Source of the DNA: Acidobacteriota bacterium
GTDB lineage: Bacteria; Acidobacteriota; UBA890; WLXD01
Reading direction: 5' to 3'
Length of the DNA: 64,000 nucleotides
Assembly (NCBI GenBank): GCA_965248695.1
Contig: CBDFKD010000002.1
Location: 3,040,001-3,104,000, forward strand
The position numbers were made by a program, and so were the translations under genes. The notes beneath the pieces were generated by a model, which did no database searches, was not told where the DNA came from, and saw nothing but the letters and a program-made list of their open reading frames with translations. Below are positions 10,017 through 19,519 of the stretch, in pieces (position 1 is the stretch's first letter; every line of letters starts with the position of its first letter).

Positions 10017-10793
10017 ATGAGGTCGCTGACTACCGTCGAGGATCCCGTGAGCGCAACCGTGCCATCGACTGGCGCCGCACGCCGCGCCAGCAACGATCTT
10101 GCGTTCGCGCTCCCAGCGTTGATTGCCGCGGCCGTCGGCTTTCGGGTCGCCATCGACCTTCCGTTCGACTACTTGCTGGTCGCGTTCACACTCTACGCGC
10201 TTCAGGGCGCAGCGGTGGTGTGGGCCGCTCCTGCCGAGCTGCCCGTCCCGGGAGTAGGCGTGGCGAACCGCGTCACGCTGGTCCGGTCCACTCTGGTGAT
10301 GCCGGTGGCGGCGCTGACGCCCTACTCGACTGTGCTCGGCGATCGCGCGTACTGGTGCATCATCCTCGCGGGCACGGTGGCGTTGATGCTCGACGGCGTC
10401 GACGGGTGGCTGGCCCGTCGCACCGGCACCTGCACGGATTTCGGCGGCCGCTACGACATGGAGCTTGACGCCTTCTTCATGCTGGCGCTGTCGGTGCTGG
10501 TGTGGAGAAGCAACAAGGTCGGGGCGTGGGTGCTGTTCATCGGCGTGCTCCGTTACCTCTTCGTCGCCGCGGCCCGGGTCTGGCCAGCTCTGCGGCGCGA
10601 GCTGCAACCCAGCTGGCGGCGCAAGACGATCTGTGTTGTCCAGGGCCTGGCGCTGCTCGCTTGCCTGGGCCCGGGCGTTCCGCCCGCCCTGGCGTCGGCG
10701 GGCGCCGCTGGCGCGCTCGTGCTATTGACTTACTCGTTCGCCGTCGACATTCGGCGACTCGTAGCGGACTCATCACGACAAACCGAGGTCTGA
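10017..10793 (+). CDS. CDP-alcohol phosphatidyltransferase family protein
   Basis: ANRVTLVR and LDGVDGWLARRTGTCTDFGGRYDMELD match DGx2ARx7-8Gx3Dx3D. 3' part of ORF 8487..10793. Confidence 0.92.
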   Translation: MRSLTTVEDPVSATVPSTGAARRASNDLAFALPALIAAAVGFRVAIDLPFDYLLVAFTLYALQGAAVVWAAPAELPVPGVGVANRVTLVRSTLVMPVAALTPYSTVLGDRAYWCIILAGTVALMLDGVDGWLARRTGTCTDFGGRYDMELDAFFMLALSVLVWRSNKVGAWVLFIGVLRYLFVAAARVWPALRRELQPSWRRKTICVVQGLALLACLGPGVPPALASAGAAGALVLLTYSFAVDIRRLVADSSRQTEV

Positions 10794-10830
10794 AGTTCCA
10801 GTGACCTCGAGAGCGAGGCAAAGAGGAACG

Positions 10831-11655
10831 ATGGGCACTCTAGAGGGCAAGGTGGCGCTGGTCTCGGGAAGCGGGCGAGGCATCGGCAGGTCGATCGCCT
10901 GTAAGCTCGCAAGCGAGGGCGCGCGCGTGGTCGTGAACGATCTCGACGAGGGGCCCGCCCTGGAGACCGTGGCGCAGATCCAGACCGCTGGAGGGCAGGC
11001 AGTAGCGTGCATCGGCAACGTCACCGACGACGACTTCGGCGAACGCTTCGTGGCGACGGCGGTCGACACCTACGACGGGCTCGACATCATCGTTAACAAT
11101 GCCGGCTACACATGGGACGGCGTCATCCAGAAGATGATCGATGAGCAGTGGGAGGCGATCCTCGAGGTTCATCTGACGGCGCCGTTTCGCATCCTGCGAG
11201 CCGCTGCGGAGTACATCCGACCGAACGCCAAGGCCGAGGCCGCGGCTGGGGCCGAGGTGCACCGGAAGGTGGTGAACATCTCCTCGATCGCCGGCACCGG
11301 GGGCGGCGCCGGACAGGCCAACTACTCCACCGCCAAGGCCGGCATCCTCGGCCTGACACGGGCCATGGCCAAGGAATGGGGGCGCTATAAGGTCAACGTC
11401 AACGCGGTGGCATTCGGGCTGATCTCCACGCGGCTGACGAAGCCATGGGGCGACGAGGATGCCCAGATCGAGATCGATGGGCGCACGATCAAGGCCGGTG
11501 CGAACCGGCAACTACTTGAAGCCGCTCCGCAGTTGATCCCGCTGGGACGGCCGGGGACCCCCGAGGAGGCCGCCGGCGCCGTCTATCTGCTGTGCACCCC
11601 GGATTCAAACTACATCACCGGCCAGCTGCTGATCTGCGGCGGTGGGCTCGTATAG
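10831..11655 (+). CDS. Short-chain dehydrogenase/reductase (FabG-like)
   Basis: SGSGRGIG, NNAG, YSTAK catalytic motif. Confidence 0.92.
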   Translation: MGTLEGKVALVSGSGRGIGRSIACKLASEGARVVVNDLDEGPALETVAQIQTAGGQAVACIGNVTDDDFGERFVATAVDTYDGLDIIVNNAGYTWDGVIQKMIDEQWEAILEVHLTAPFRILRAAAEYIRPNAKAEAAAGAEVHRKVVNISSIAGTGGGAGQANYSTAKAGILGLTRAMAKEWGRYKVNVNAVAFGLISTRLTKPWGDEDAQIEIDGRTIKAGANRQLLEAAPQLIPLGRPGTPEEAAGAVYLLCTPDSNYITGQLLICGGGLV

Positions 11656-11715
11656 AGAGCCACGCCAGGCGACTCGACGAACAAGACTTAGGTACGGCGA
11701 GACAGCTGAAGCAGG

Positions 11716-13149
11716 CTACTCTCCCTCGCCCTCCATCGCCTCCACCGCGACAGCGCGCCGCGCGACGATCTCGTCGTACTCCTCCTGCGACATGTACGTC
11801 AGGTCGACCCACGCGTGCGCCATCTCGTCGACGGTACGATCGCCCCAGCCAACCCATTGCTCGTGATCGGGGTTGTTGGGGTTGTCGACCGTATTGTCGT
11901 GCCAGGCGGTGATCTTGATGATCGTGCCGGCGGGCACGACCGGGGCAACGTGGTCGGCGTAGATGTAGTTGACGTGCCAGTTCCACTGGAAGTTGTCGAC
12001 CTGGCTGAGGACCTCCTCGCGCCCATCGGGATAGATGGCCGTCATCTGCATGGCCTTGCCGCGCATGTGCATGTGCGGCTGGAAATTCTCCAGTCGCGCC
12101 GGCCACTTGATCGTGTGGAGTTGCTGGGTCACGGCAATCTCGCCGGGGGAAATGTCGATGCCGGTATCACCGCGCGCGTCCCAGAACTGCAGCCGCGTGC
12201 GGTTCCAGGGTTTGTTGTCCTTATCGTAGAACCACATCCCGATCTCGACCTGGCTGTCCTCCACCTGCTTTCCCATGGCGTGCATGTGGACCTCCCAGCG
12301 GATGCTCGAGCCGGGGAGCATCACCTTGCCGGCGCCGTCCGGAAAGATCTCTCCTGTCTTACCGACTGCCCACTCCATGAACAAACCGGGACCGCCCATG
12401 GCACTGCGACTGGTCGCCACTACCGGACCCGTGCTCATGGGTCCCGCTTCTTCGTCCTGCTCTAGAAACGCCAGCACGTGGTGGGTGATGGTAAGGGCGT
12501 CGTTGCCGACCGGGCGGATCTCGATCGCCTTCACCCAGCGCGGCTCGGTGAGGCCGGTCGGCGTCACCGGGCGGAACCACTTGTCCTGCGTCACCGCCTC
12601 CAGCGTGTAGGGCTCGGAGGCCACGATCAGGTCGGGCTCGCGACCGAAGGTGTCGAGTAGCTGCCACGAGTTGGGATCGGGAAAATCGGCCGGCGGCGGC
12701 AGGTCGGCAGCATCGCCCAGGGGGGCGCCGGCGTCGACCCACGCAACGATCGTATCGATTTGCTCGGCGTTTAGGCCCGTGTCGTTCTTGAACTCCTTGA
12801 TGCCGATGCTGCGGTTGATGTGCCAGGGAGGCATGACCCGGTTCTGGACCTTCGCCTTGATCATGGGCGCGTACGTGCGCGCCTCTTCGTAGGTCAGCAG
12901 CGACATCGGCGCGATGGACCCGGGCTGGTGGCATGCCTGGCACTTGGCGCGAAAGATCGGCGCGACGTGCTTGGCGAAGGTGACTGCGTCCGGGACCTCG
13001 TCAGCCCGCGGCAGCGCCGCCGCCAGGGGACCTGTCGAGTCGGCCTGAGCAAGTACCGCGCTGGGGATGACCGCGGTTGCCATGATCGCCATCACGATGC
13101 ACGAGCCCGCCCAGGTCCGACCACGGCTCGAAATCACTGTTTTCATCAT
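11716..13149 (-). CDS. Exported heme c + type II copper monooxygenase-like (PHM/DBM fold) protein
   Basis: Signal peptide, CQACH heme motif, THHV, EVHMH, FQPHMHMRGK and DEM in the order of the CuH/CuM ligands. Confidence 0.72.
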   Translation of the reverse strand: MMKTVISSRGRTWAGSCIVMAIMATAVIPSAVLAQADSTGPLAAALPRADEVPDAVTFAKHVAPIFRAKCQACHQPGSIAPMSLLTYEEARTYAPMIKAKVQNRVMPPWHINRSIGIKEFKNDTGLNAEQIDTIVAWVDAGAPLGDAADLPPPADFPDPNSWQLLDTFGREPDLIVASEPYTLEAVTQDKWFRPVTPTGLTEPRWVKAIEIRPVGNDALTITHHVLAFLEQDEEAGPMSTGPVVATSRSAMGGPGLFMEWAVGKTGEIFPDGAGKVMLPGSSIRWEVHMHAMGKQVEDSQVEIGMWFYDKDNKPWNRTRLQFWDARGDTGIDISPGEIAVTQQLHTIKWPARLENFQPHMHMRGKAMQMTAIYPDGREEVLSQVDNFQWNWHVNYIYADHVAPVVPAGTIIKITAWHDNTVDNPNNPDHEQWVGWGDRTVDEMAHAWVDLTYMSQEEYDEIVARRAVAVEAMEGEGE

Positions 13150-13162
13150 GCTTCTCCCGTTC

Positions 13163-14011
13163 TTATTCGATGACGGTCACTTTGACGAATCCGTTGCTCC
13201 AGCAGCACTGGGCGTGGCCCGCGCTGGCGACCCCGGAGGAATCGTTGGCTCGTACTCGGAGCACATACTCACCGGGGGTCGCGAAAACCACCGTCGTGGT
13301 CGTCTCGCCGCCGGCCGCCGGCACCTCGGCAGTGGTCTCACTGAACATCACGTCGCCGGGCCCCTGATGCTTGAACCAGGTCAGGGTGACCGGCATCCCC
13401 GCTTCTCCGAACCGCTGCACGCTACCCCGGCCCCTGCCGTCGTCGCGCGCGGCCACCATGACGCGCAGCGGCTGGGCAAGAGTCGCGGTGAGGGCCTCGC
13501 CCGTGACACCGCCCGGTCCTGCGCCCTCGCGGTCGCCGAATCGAAGCACGGGCGGCGTGTTGCCTGAATCGACCTCACCGTCGAGCGCGTCGATCTTCCA
13601 GTCCGTTTTCAGGTGCCCCGGTATCGAAAAGGTCTCGCCGCGGTTCTTGAGCGTCCAGTAAACCTTGGCGTCGCCGAAATCCGCCGGAACGCTCACGGTG
13701 AACACGCCCCAGTGTTGCCGCGCGTGGAAACGGGTCGGCTGATCGCCATCGAACTCGGCCGGCTCCATGAAGTTGTCGGGTCCGAGCGGAATCTCGAGGA
13801 TCTCCTCGGTGTTGCGGTTGTAGTAGCCGAAGGAAAGCGCGTACGTACCGTCTGGGTTCTCGTACCAGCCCTCGAACGACGGCGTGACGGTCGATCCGGC
13901 CCCGGTCGACGGCGCAAACGGCAACTGCGGTATCGGCGCCGAGCCCATGGCGGCACTCGCGCCGATCAGGGCACAGGTCGCCGCGACGGCGACCACGGTC
14001 GGTTTGCGCAT
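13163..14011 (-). CDS. Conserved exported hypothetical protein with C-terminal vicinal Cys-Cys
   Basis: Signal peptide, VTPSFEGWYENPDG...FGYYNRN, C-terminal beta-rich part, GHAQCCWSNG. RBS (caggag) upstream. Confidence 0.75.
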   Translation of the reverse strand: MRKPTVVAVAATCALIGASAAMGSAPIPQLPFAPSTGAGSTVTPSFEGWYENPDGTYALSFGYYNRNTEEILEIPLGPDNFMEPAEFDGDQPTRFHARQHWGVFTVSVPADFGDAKVYWTLKNRGETFSIPGHLKTDWKIDALDGEVDSGNTPPVLRFGDREGAGPGGVTGEALTATLAQPLRVMVAARDDGRGRGSVQRFGEAGMPVTLTWFKHQGPGDVMFSETTAEVPAAGGETTTTVVFATPGEYVLRVRANDSSGVASAGHAQCCWSNGFVKVTVIE

Positions 14012-14118
14012 GGTTCTCCTGAAAGCTCACCCGGCGTGCCGCGACCACCGCGAAAGCGGCACGCGCACAGCTATACCTCGGAGGGTCATCGGTCCGGCAC
14101 GGGAAGTCAATAGGCGCC

Positions 14119-16071
14119 TCACTCCAACGCCAGCGCCACCAGCTCACCGGCATGCCCGGTGGCGCCGACGGCGAGCACGATGTACTGCTTGCCCTCGTGC
14201 ATGTAGGTGATGGGCACACCGCTTTGGTTCGCCGGCAGCTCGATCTCCGCCAGGACCTCGCCGGTGAGCTTGTCGTAGGCGCGCAGCTTGTTGCCGCCGG
14301 CCCCGAAGCCCCCGAACAGACCTGCGCCTTCGCCGACGAAAAGCAGCGTCTTGGTAACCAGCGGCGCGCCGTGATCGGGGCGGCCAGTCGGCGGGATATC
14401 CAGTCCACGGAGCGCCGGATGCTCGCGCACGTAGTCCGGAGTCTCGCCATTGGGTCGCATCCAGGTGTGCTCGCCGGTGTTCAGATCGATGGCCGTGATA
14501 CGGCCCCACGGCGGCTTGAGCAACGGCAGACCGCGCGGCCCTCCTCCCTCGGGTAGTCGTATGCCGGTCCCTATCACGTACCGCATGTTGGAGGTGTCGG
14601 GGTCGGTCCACAGCCCGTAAACACTGGGCCTGGTAATCGAGCTGACGTAGAGAATGCCGCTCTCCGGATCCGCCGCCGCGCTGGGCCAGTTGGCGCCGCC
14701 AACGCTTCCCGGTACCGCCAGGGTTCCCTTCGTTCCGCCCTCTTCGATCAACGATGGCGGCGTGAACAGCGGTCCGAGACGAAAGCTCGCCGCCTGCTCC
14801 TTGGCCTCCTCGAAGAGCTCGGGAGTGAAGTCGATCAGGTCGTCGATCGTCACCCCCTGCCGGTCGAACGGCGCCGGCCTGGTCGGAAACGGCTGCGTCG
14901 CCGCGGTGCGCTCGCCTGGAACGTCGGTCTGCCCGACGGGGCGATCCTCGATCGGCCACACCGGTTGACCGGTGACACGGTCGAACACGAAGGTGAACGC
15001 CTGCTTGGTGACCTGAGCGACCGCCTTGATCAGGCGTCCGTCGACGTCGATGTCGAGAAGGATCGGGGCCGCGGGCAGATCGTAGTCCCAGATCCCATGA
15101 CGGACCGTCTGGAAGTGCCACACGCGCTCACCGGTGCGGGCGTCCAGACACACGAGGCTCTGTGAGAAGAGGTTGTCACCGGGACGGTGACCGCCGTAGT
15201 AGTCGCCGGTCGGGGCCTCCAGCGGCAGATAGAGGTAGCCGAGCTCGAGATCAGCGGAGAACGTCGTCCATACGCCAGCGTTCCCCGTGTAGCTGGAGGA
15301 TCCCTCGTCCCAGGTCTCGTGACCGAACTCGCCGGGCTCGGGGATCGTGTGGAAGATCCACAGGCGCTCGCCGGTACGAACGTCATAGCCGCGGATATGG
15401 CCGGCCGGCATCTCCTTGGTAGGGGGCCTGCTACCGGACGGAAAGGCCGCGCCGACGACGACCACGTCACCGACTACGACCGCCGGCGAGCTCGACCCGA
15501 TGGTGGCCGTGTCGATGTCGAAATCGCGGTCAAGCTCGCGCCTCAGGTCCACCGTGCCGTCGACGCCGAAGTCCGGCAACCGCCTGCCCGTCTTGGCGCT
15601 CAGCGCCACCAGGTGGTAGGCCGGCGTGATCAGAAAGATGGTCTCTTGATCGCCGTTCGACCAGTAAGCGACCCCGCGCCCCGAATTGGGACGCGGCGCG
15701 GTCCCACCGCGCCGCCCTTCGTCCATGCGGTACGCCCACAGCGTCTCGCCGGTGGCGGCATCGATCGCGACCACTGCGCGCCGGGTTCCCGCCGTCGCGT
15801 AGAGCACGCCGTTCACCATGAGCGGCGTCGTGCGGTAGTTGAACTCCGGTCGCGGGCCGAAGTTGTCGGCTTTCCACCGCCAGACGATCTGGAGATCGTT
15901 CACGTTGTCGCGATCGATCTGATCGAGTGGCGCATATCTGGTGCTCGCCGCGTCGCCGCCGTAGTAGTGCCACCCGACCTCGCCGTCACCGGACTGCGCG
16001 ACACCGGTCGCGGCGCTGGCAAGGGCCGCCATCATCACCAGGCCAACGCGAGTCGCCTGCGCGCTCATCAC
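14119..16071 (-). CDS. PQQ-dependent dehydrogenase (quinoprotein glucose dehydrogenase-like, periplasmic)
   Basis: YYGGDAASTRYAPLDQI, TPLMVNG, RGVAYW, HFQTVRHGIWDYDLP, GGANW, PITYMHEGKQY. Confidence 0.92.
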   Translation of the reverse strand: MMSAQATRVGLVMMAALASAATGVAQSGDGEVGWHYYGGDAASTRYAPLDQIDRDNVNDLQIVWRWKADNFGPRPEFNYRTTPLMVNGVLYATAGTRRAVVAIDAATGETLWAYRMDEGRRGGTAPRPNSGRGVAYWSNGDQETIFLITPAYHLVALSAKTGRRLPDFGVDGTVDLRRELDRDFDIDTATIGSSSPAVVVGDVVVVGAAFPSGSRPPTKEMPAGHIRGYDVRTGERLWIFHTIPEPGEFGHETWDEGSSSYTGNAGVWTTFSADLELGYLYLPLEAPTGDYYGGHRPGDNLFSQSLVCLDARTGERVWHFQTVRHGIWDYDLPAAPILLDIDVDGRLIKAVAQVTKQAFTFVFDRVTGQPVWPIEDRPVGQTDVPGERTAATQPFPTRPAPFDRQGVTIDDLIDFTPELFEEAKEQAASFRLGPLFTPPSLIEEGGTKGTLAVPGSVGGANWPSAAADPESGILYVSSITRPSVYGLWTDPDTSNMRYVIGTGIRLPEGGGPRGLPLLKPPWGRITAIDLNTGEHTWMRPNGETPDYVREHPALRGLDIPPTGRPDHGAPLVTKTLLFVGEGAGLFGGFGAGGNKLRAYDKLTGEVLAEIELPANQSGVPITYMHEGKQYIVLAVGATGHAGELVALALE

Positions 16072-16514
16072 TGGGCGGCAGCAGCGGTGAGACGGATCTC
16101 GAACAACGCCTCCTGATCCGGAGCCAGCTCCTCGTCCCCTGCCGGCATGCGGTTGGCGCGCAGCATCATCGCTATGAGGTCGACCGTCTCGCGACCTGAC
16201 AAGCGGCCCGGATCGTCCTCCGGCATGGTCTCTTGAATGATCGCGTACAGGATGCCGAGGGATTCCTCACGCCAGTACTGCATGAAGTCCCGGCCCATGA
16301 GGCTGATGGAGGTTTCACCACCACGCAGGTCGACCCCGTGACAGGTACCGCATTCACGCTCGTACGTACGCAGACCTCGCTCGGCTTGCTCGTCGGTGTA
16401 GACACCGTCCTCGGCGCTGACCTGCGGCATCCCGGTGATCGTCACGTCCGCGGCCAGCGTCGCCCCGGCAAGGGCGAGCGTGCCAGCCAGCGCGCTCAGC
16501 ACCGTCTTCGTCAC
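16068..16514 (-). CDS. Monoheme cytochrome c
   Basis: Signal peptide, GVYTDEQAERG, CGTCHG, distal TMP. Stop overlaps the PQQ dehydrogenase start. Confidence 0.88.
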   Translation of the reverse strand: MTKTVLSALAGTLALAGATLAADVTITGMPQVSAEDGVYTDEQAERGLRTYERECGTCHGVDLRGGETSISLMGRDFMQYWREESLGILYAIIQETMPEDDPGRLSGRETVDLIAMMLRANRMPAGDEELAPDQEALFEIRLTAAAAQ

Positions 16515-16727
16515 CTGCGTCGTCTCCGATTCGGATGGCGGCAATCCGCCAACTCCGATGCCAAACCCGGAAACACTACCCTACTGCGCCGCGGGGCCGG
16601 TAGACGATCCGGCTCGCCGTCGAGTTCACCAACGCCGATGCCTTCGAGGCCGAGCGCGCCTCGACAACAGGACGCCGACACACCGATCCGACTCGAAAGA
16701 AGTAGCGTTGGAGTCGGAGATGATGCC

Positions 16728-17675
16728 GTGAGAATCACCGAGCGAATCGCGACCGCGACCGAGCCCTTCTTCAGCTTCGAGCTGCTGCCGCCGCTGCGCG
16801 GCGGGACCATCGCGCCCTTGCTGGAGACCGTCGAGGCACTGCTGCCCTATCGCCCCGCCTTCATCGACGTCACCAGCCATGCTGGCGTGGTGACTTATGA
16901 AGAGAGCCCCGACGGGCTACAGCGACATATTGTCCGCCGTCGACCCGGGACACTCGCCGCCAGCACGCTGATTCAGCACAAGTACGGCATCGCCACCGTC
17001 CCGCATGTCGTATGCAAGGGGTTCACGTGTCAGGAGACCGAGGACTTCCTCATCGACGCGAGCTATGTCGGAATCGAAACCCTGCTGGCGATAGCAGGTG
17101 ACGATCACGGCTACGACAAGCCGCTTACCGACAACCGAACCCGCAACGAGAACGCCCTCGAGCTCGTGCAGCAGATCCGTGCTCTCGGCGCTGGTAAGTA
17201 CGTCTCAACGCCGCGTGAGGGAGCACCTATCGGGTTCGAGGTCGGCGTCGCCGGCTACCCGGAAAAGCACATCCAGAGCCCCAACATGGAATCCGACGTC
17301 CGCTGGCTGAAGCGCAAGCTCGATGCTGGCGCCGATTACGTCGTCACTCAGATGTTCTTCAACAACCAGAGCTATCACGACTTCGTCCAGCTGTGTCGCG
17401 ACACGGGGATCGACGCGCCGATCATCCCGGCGTTGAAAGTCCTGACCGCCAAGCGGCAGCTGACGATGCTGCCGAAGACGTTCTTCATCCACCTGCCCCC
17501 GGAGCTCGTGGACGCGGTGGAATCCGCAGCCGACGACGAGGTGCCCGAAGTCGGTATCGAATGGGCCCGGCGACAGATCGAGGATCTGCTGATCCACGAC
17601 GCCCCGGCGATCCATCTGTACGTGATGCAGAACCCACGCCCGACGCTGCGACTGCTGGAGATGCTGCGGCGCTGA
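16728..17675 (+). CDS. metF: 5,10-methylenetetrahydrofolate reductase
   Basis: FSFELLPP, FIDVT, GVAGYPEKH, KLDAGADYVVTQMFF. GTG start after GGAG. Confidence 0.93.
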   Translation: MRITERIATATEPFFSFELLPPLRGGTIAPLLETVEALLPYRPAFIDVTSHAGVVTYEESPDGLQRHIVRRRPGTLAASTLIQHKYGIATVPHVVCKGFTCQETEDFLIDASYVGIETLLAIAGDDHGYDKPLTDNRTRNENALELVQQIRALGAGKYVSTPREGAPIGFEVGVAGYPEKHIQSPNMESDVRWLKRKLDAGADYVVTQMFFNNQSYHDFVQLCRDTGIDAPIIPALKVLTAKRQLTMLPKTFFIHLPPELVDAVESAADDEVPEVGIEWARRQIEDLLIHDAPAIHLYVMQNPRPTLRLLEMLRR

Positions 17676-17765
17676 CGTCACCGGACGGTGCGTCTCGCGA
17701 CCGCTCACCGGCCGGCCGGCTGTCGCGGCCGCGTCAACCACTTCCCGGCTTGATAGAGTCGGCCG

Positions 17766-19451
17766 GTGGTCGAGCACACGCCGAGCAAGGAACAAACCTG
17801 GGACGTCATCATCGTCGGTGGCGGCTCAGCCGGCTGCGTCCTGGCCAACCGCCTCAGCGACGACCCCACGATCCGCGTGCTGATGCTCGAAGCGGGACCG
17901 GTGGACCACGGTTGGGATTTCCGCCTCCACATGCCCGCCGCCCTGGCCTGGCCGCTGGCCGGGCGTACGTACAACTGGTGGTACGAGTCCGATCCGGAGC
18001 CCGGCATGGGCGGTCGTCGTATCTACCAGCCTCGCGGCAAGGTGCTCGGCGGCTCCAGCTCGATCAACGGCATGGTCTGGATTCGCGGCAACCCGCTCGA
18101 CTTCGACCGATGGGGGAGCGAACCGGGGCTGGCAAGCTGGGACTTCGCCCACTGTCTGCCCTACTTCCGGCGCCTGGAGCAGCGGCTCGCCGGCGGCGAC
18201 GAGTACCGCGGCGACACCGGCCCGGTGTATGTGACAACGCCGCGTGGCGGCAACCCCCTCGGGGCGGCCTTCCTCGCTGCGGCACAACAGGCCGGGCACG
18301 CGCTCAGCGACGATGTGAACGGCTACCGGCAAGAGGGCTTCTCGACCTTCGATCGCACTACCTACCGCGGCCGCCGCTGGAGTGCGGCGCGCGCCTACTA
18401 CCATCCCGTCAGGCGACGCCAGAATCTGACCCTCAAGAGTGGGGCGCTGACGACGCGCATCCTCTTCGAGGGGCGCCGCGCGGTGGGAGTGGTGTATCGG
18501 AGCGGCGGCCGCCAACACACCGCTCACGGCAGCGAGATCATCTGCTGCGGTGGCGCCATCAACTCGCCCCAGTTGCTGCAGCTCTCGGGCGTCGGTTCCG
18601 CCGAGCGTCTGCAGGCGCTCGGGATCGAGGTGGTCCAGGATCTACCCGGCGTCGGCGAGGATCTCCAGGACCATCTGGAGGTCTACGTACAGTACGCCTG
18701 CACGCAGCCGGTGAGCCTGTACCCGGCGCTGGCCTGGTGGCGACAGCCATGGATAGGCGCCAAGTGGCTCTTCGGCCGCAGCGGCATCGGGGCCAGCAAC
18801 CAGTTCGAGGGCGGCGGCTTCATCCGCAGCAACGACAACGTGGACATTCCGAACGTGCAGTTTCACTTTCTTCCCATCGCCATCCGCTACGACGGCTTAG
18901 CCCCCAACCCCGGCCATGGCTATCAGGTTCACGTCGGACCGACGCTCTCCGACGCTCGTGGGTGGGTGCGGATCCGTTCCTCGGATCCCGACGAGCACCC
19001 TTCGATCCGCTTCAACTACCTCTCCACGGAGCAGGACCGGCGCGAGTGGGTCGAGTCGGTCCGCTGCGCGCGCGACATCATGACCCAGCCGGCGTTCGAG
19101 CCGTTCCGCGGCGCGGAGCTCGTGCCCGGCGATGACGTCGAGACGGACGAGGAAATCCTCGACTTCGTCGCTCGCGACGGTGAGAGCGCCTACCACCCCA
19201 GCTGCACCTGCCGAATGGGCACGGACCCCGATGCCGTGACCGACGCCGAGCTACGAGTGCGTGGCCTGGAGGGACTTCGCGTCGTCGACGCCTCGATCAT
19301 GCCTTCGATCACCAACGGCAACATCTACGCGCCGGTGCTGATGATCGCCGAGAAGGCCGCCGACATCATCCGCGGTGATACGGCTCTGGATCCCTCGACT
19401 GCCCGGTTCTACCGGCATGAAGTGGCCCCCGAGCCCCGGGCGTCGTCGTAG
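17766..19451 (+). CDS. betA: Choline dehydrogenase (GMC oxidoreductase)
   Basis: GGGSAGCVLANRLS, RGKVLGGSSSINGM, LQDHLEVYVQYAC, SNQFEGGGF, SAYHPSCTC, NGNIYAPV. Confidence 0.9.
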   Translation: MVEHTPSKEQTWDVIIVGGGSAGCVLANRLSDDPTIRVLMLEAGPVDHGWDFRLHMPAALAWPLAGRTYNWWYESDPEPGMGGRRIYQPRGKVLGGSSSINGMVWIRGNPLDFDRWGSEPGLASWDFAHCLPYFRRLEQRLAGGDEYRGDTGPVYVTTPRGGNPLGAAFLAAAQQAGHALSDDVNGYRQEGFSTFDRTTYRGRRWSAARAYYHPVRRRQNLTLKSGALTTRILFEGRRAVGVVYRSGGRQHTAHGSEIICCGGAINSPQLLQLSGVGSAERLQALGIEVVQDLPGVGEDLQDHLEVYVQYACTQPVSLYPALAWWRQPWIGAKWLFGRSGIGASNQFEGGGFIRSNDNVDIPNVQFHFLPIAIRYDGLAPNPGHGYQVHVGPTLSDARGWVRIRSSDPDEHPSIRFNYLSTEQDRREWVESVRCARDIMTQPAFEPFRGAELVPGDDVETDEEILDFVARDGESAYHPSCTCRMGTDPDAVTDAELRVRGLEGLRVVDASIMPSITNGNIYAPVLMIAEKAADIIRGDTALDPSTARFYRHEVAPEPRASS

Positions 19452-19519
19452 GCCTGCGGTCGGCGAGCACCGCGGAAGCCCTATGCTTCCGGCAGGTCTT
19501 CGCGTGGGCGCCTCAGACG

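Noticed and set aside
16545-16727. Known SAM-I, SAM-II or SAH riboswitch before metF
   Set aside because: Core consensus elements could not be matched by eye. Kept only as a low-interest hairpin observation.
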